The notes beneath the pieces are model-generated. The model worked only from the letters and a program-made list of their open reading frames with translations, had not been told where the DNA came from and did not search any database. 24,000 nucleotides of DNA. Origin: an uncultured Gammaproteobacteria bacterium (GTDB lineage: Bacteria > Pseudomonadota > Gammaproteobacteria > Steroidobacterales > Woeseiaceae). The position numbers and the translations under genes were made by a program. Shown here in pieces: positions 22,527-24,000 of the stretch; the first letter of the stretch is position 1; each line of letters begins with the position of its first letter. The stretch is from contig CBDUCE010000016.1 in assembly GCA_965365575.1 (NCBI GenBank), positions 452 to 24,451 of the forward strand. The letters are read 5' to 3'.

Positions 22527-23318
22527 CTATTCAACGCCTTCGGTCTCGATCTTGATCAGCACACCGCAGTGCTTGCAATGCAGGGCATCAGGGTCGTGTC
22601 GATTCAGGCCGCATTCCGGGCATTTGTGCCGCACCTTGGCCGGCTGAAAGATCGCACGGGCCAGGCGAACGAACAGGGCCACTCCGAAGATCATAATGAA
22701 TACGGACAGGATCTTCCCGCCGGGTGTACTCAGCGTGATGTCGCCAAAGCCGGTGGTCGTTAGTGTCGCTACCGTGAAGTAAAGCGCATCGATGTAATTG
22801 ACGACACTGGCCTCTTCACCGAAACGCAGCACATAGACGATGGACGTGGTAACAAAGATAAAGACGAACAGGTTGACTGCGGCGAAGATCGCGTCCTCGT
22901 GCACGCGGAAAACACGCACATCGCGGCGGAGGTCGTGCAACAGGCGATACGAATGTATGAGTCGCAAGCCGCGAAGCACTCTCAGCACGGCCAGGTTCTC
23001 CGTGAGCAGCGGCGCGAGGAACAGCGAGGCGATAACGATGATGTCCGCGATCGTATAGAGCCGCAGCAGCGTCTTGCGACGGTCATCGGCTACCCATAGC
23101 CGGGCGCCGAAATCCAGAAGGATGAGCACGCCGAGAATCAGGTTGATGACAATTATCAGCGGCTGTTGCGCTGCCGCGACCGTGACCAGGAAATAGACGA
23201 TGGTGGCGACGTCGAAGGCGACCAGTCCATAGCGAAACATCGCGGCTTTTCGGCTGCGACCGTGGTACAGCAAGCGAACGCTGCGGTGAAGGCTGCTTTC
23301 GTCTTTGCGGTCAGTCAT
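22527..23318 (-). CDS. 6TM voltage-sensor-type K+ channel with a C-terminal zinc ribbon
   Basis: S4-like LRVLRGLRLIHSYRLLHDLRR. Pore/selectivity filter YFTVATLTTTGFGDI. C-terminal CPECG-x13-CKHCG. The start is ATG 23318 or TTG 23330. Confidence 0.85.
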   Translation of the reverse strand: MTDRKDESSLHRSVRLLYHGRSRKAAMFRYGLVAFDVATIVYFLVTVAAAQQPLIIVINLILGVLILLDFGARLWVADDRRKTLLRLYTIADIIVIASLFLAPLLTENLAVLRVLRGLRLIHSYRLLHDLRRDVRVFRVHEDAIFAAVNLFVFIFVTTSIVYVLRFGEEASVVNYIDALYFTVATLTTTGFGDITLSTPGGKILSVFIMIFGVALFVRLARAIFQPAKVRHKCPECGLNRHDPDALHCKHCGVLIKIETEGVE

Positions 23319-23389
23319 GAATCGCCGCAATCCTGGCGGAACTCTTCAGGCCTTCGCAGGTGGTTCCCCCCACCGCGATGACCTGGGCG

Positions 23390-23875
23390 TTAGCGCTGCC
23401 CGCCCGCGGATCCACGAGCGCCAGTCAGGGACACTTCGCCTGAATCCTTCACTCGGATCGATGGCCGCAGTGCGCCGGGATCCAGCTTTGCTTCAAAGCT
23501 GTAGGCAAGCGTCTCCTTCCCGCTCGTAATCAGTTCGCGGACCAGGCCCACACCGGCGAACAGGTCGGCCGACGCATTAAGCGTGATATCGCCCTCTCCG
23601 TAGCCGTCGATCACCGGCAAATCGTTACCGACACCCTGAATCAGCTTATACCCTTCGAGACTCACCGTGTATGACACGCCGGCGAGCTTTAGCGCCTCGC
23701 GATTCGGGTTGACCACGTGCAGGTCGATTTCGAATTCGGGCAGCATCCCCTGCGACGGGATCGCCCGCACCGATTTGACGGTGACCGTCGGGGTTTCCCA
23801 GCCCGGTCTCATGCCCGCGCAGCCCGCCAGCAGGACTGCGGCCGTGACAAAAAAGATCGTTAAACGAAGCACCAT
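23390..23875 (-). CDS. LEA_2 / WHy-domain (LEA14-like) lipoprotein
   Basis: Lipobox VLLAGC. EFEIDLHVVNPNREALKLAGVSYTVSLEGYKLIQG is the typical LEA_2 beta-sandwich signature. Confidence 0.8.
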   Translation of the reverse strand: MVLRLTIFFVTAAVLLAGCAGMRPGWETPTVTVKSVRAIPSQGMLPEFEIDLHVVNPNREALKLAGVSYTVSLEGYKLIQGVGNDLPVIDGYGEGDITLNASADLFAGVGLVRELITSGKETLAYSFEAKLDPGALRPSIRVKDSGEVSLTGARGSAGGQR

Positions 23876-23889
23876 CGCACCGGATTTGC

Positions 23890-24000
23890 TCAGTCGGTCG
23901 CCTTTTCGATGGCCTCTTCGGTTGCATCTACGGCCTCATCGGCTTTCTCCGCAGCCGCGTCGGCCATCTCGCCCGCCTTCTCCTTGGTGGTCTCGTAGGC
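23890..24000 (-). CDS. 3' end of a hydrophilic Ala/Glu/Lys-rich (LEA/YtxH-like) protein; the 5' part lies outside the window
   Basis: The minus frame is open from the window edge: AYETTKEKAGEMADAAAEKADEAVDATEEAIEKATD, then TGA at 23890-23892. It ends 14 nt upstream of the LEA_2 gene start. Confidence 0.5.
   Translation of the reverse strand, partial: AYETTKEKAGEMADAAAEKADEAVDATEEAIEKATD

Overview
GC-rich, densely coding chromosomal DNA, probably gammaproteobacterial: it carries recognisable orthologues of OmpR/EnvZ, YjjI/YjjW, YccF, YedI, PsiE and SirB2. I support about 25 protein genes. I found no rRNA, tRNA, CRISPR array, integrase or transposase. All family calls come from reading the translations and recalling motifs; no database search was possible. 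Layout: (i) 1-7720 holds an OmpR/EnvZ-type two-component system flanked by two minus-strand operons of signal-peptide proteins. One encodes a 7-repeat propeller-like protein and a poly-Gly/CARDB-like protein. The other encodes an Asp-Arg repeat periplasmic protein and a small beta-barrel OMP. A 48-nt block (38/48 identical, ungapped) occurs in both divergent intergenic regions and is my best candidate for the regulator's operator/promoter. It ties this region into one undescribed envelope module. (ii) 7724-13100 holds an APH-fold kinase, a decayed class-III aminotransferase remnant, MtnA isomerase and a class II aldolase (a kinase-isomerase-aldolase trio like the DHAP shunt / 5-deoxyribose salvage). 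These converge on the YjjW radical-SAM activase and the short glycyl-radical enzyme YjjI. (iii) 13214-16519 holds a class II amidotransferase and a TonB-dependent receptor. (iv) 16776-24000 holds small membrane and stress genes, including a tightly packed seven-gene minus-strand cluster: hydrophilic protein, LEA_2 lipoprotein, 6TM K+ channel with C-terminal zinc ribbon, domain-permuted ADP-forming acyl-CoA synthetase, PsiE, Gly-zipper lipoprotein, YedI. Many long ORFs in the track are antisense shadows typical of high-GC DNA and were rejected.
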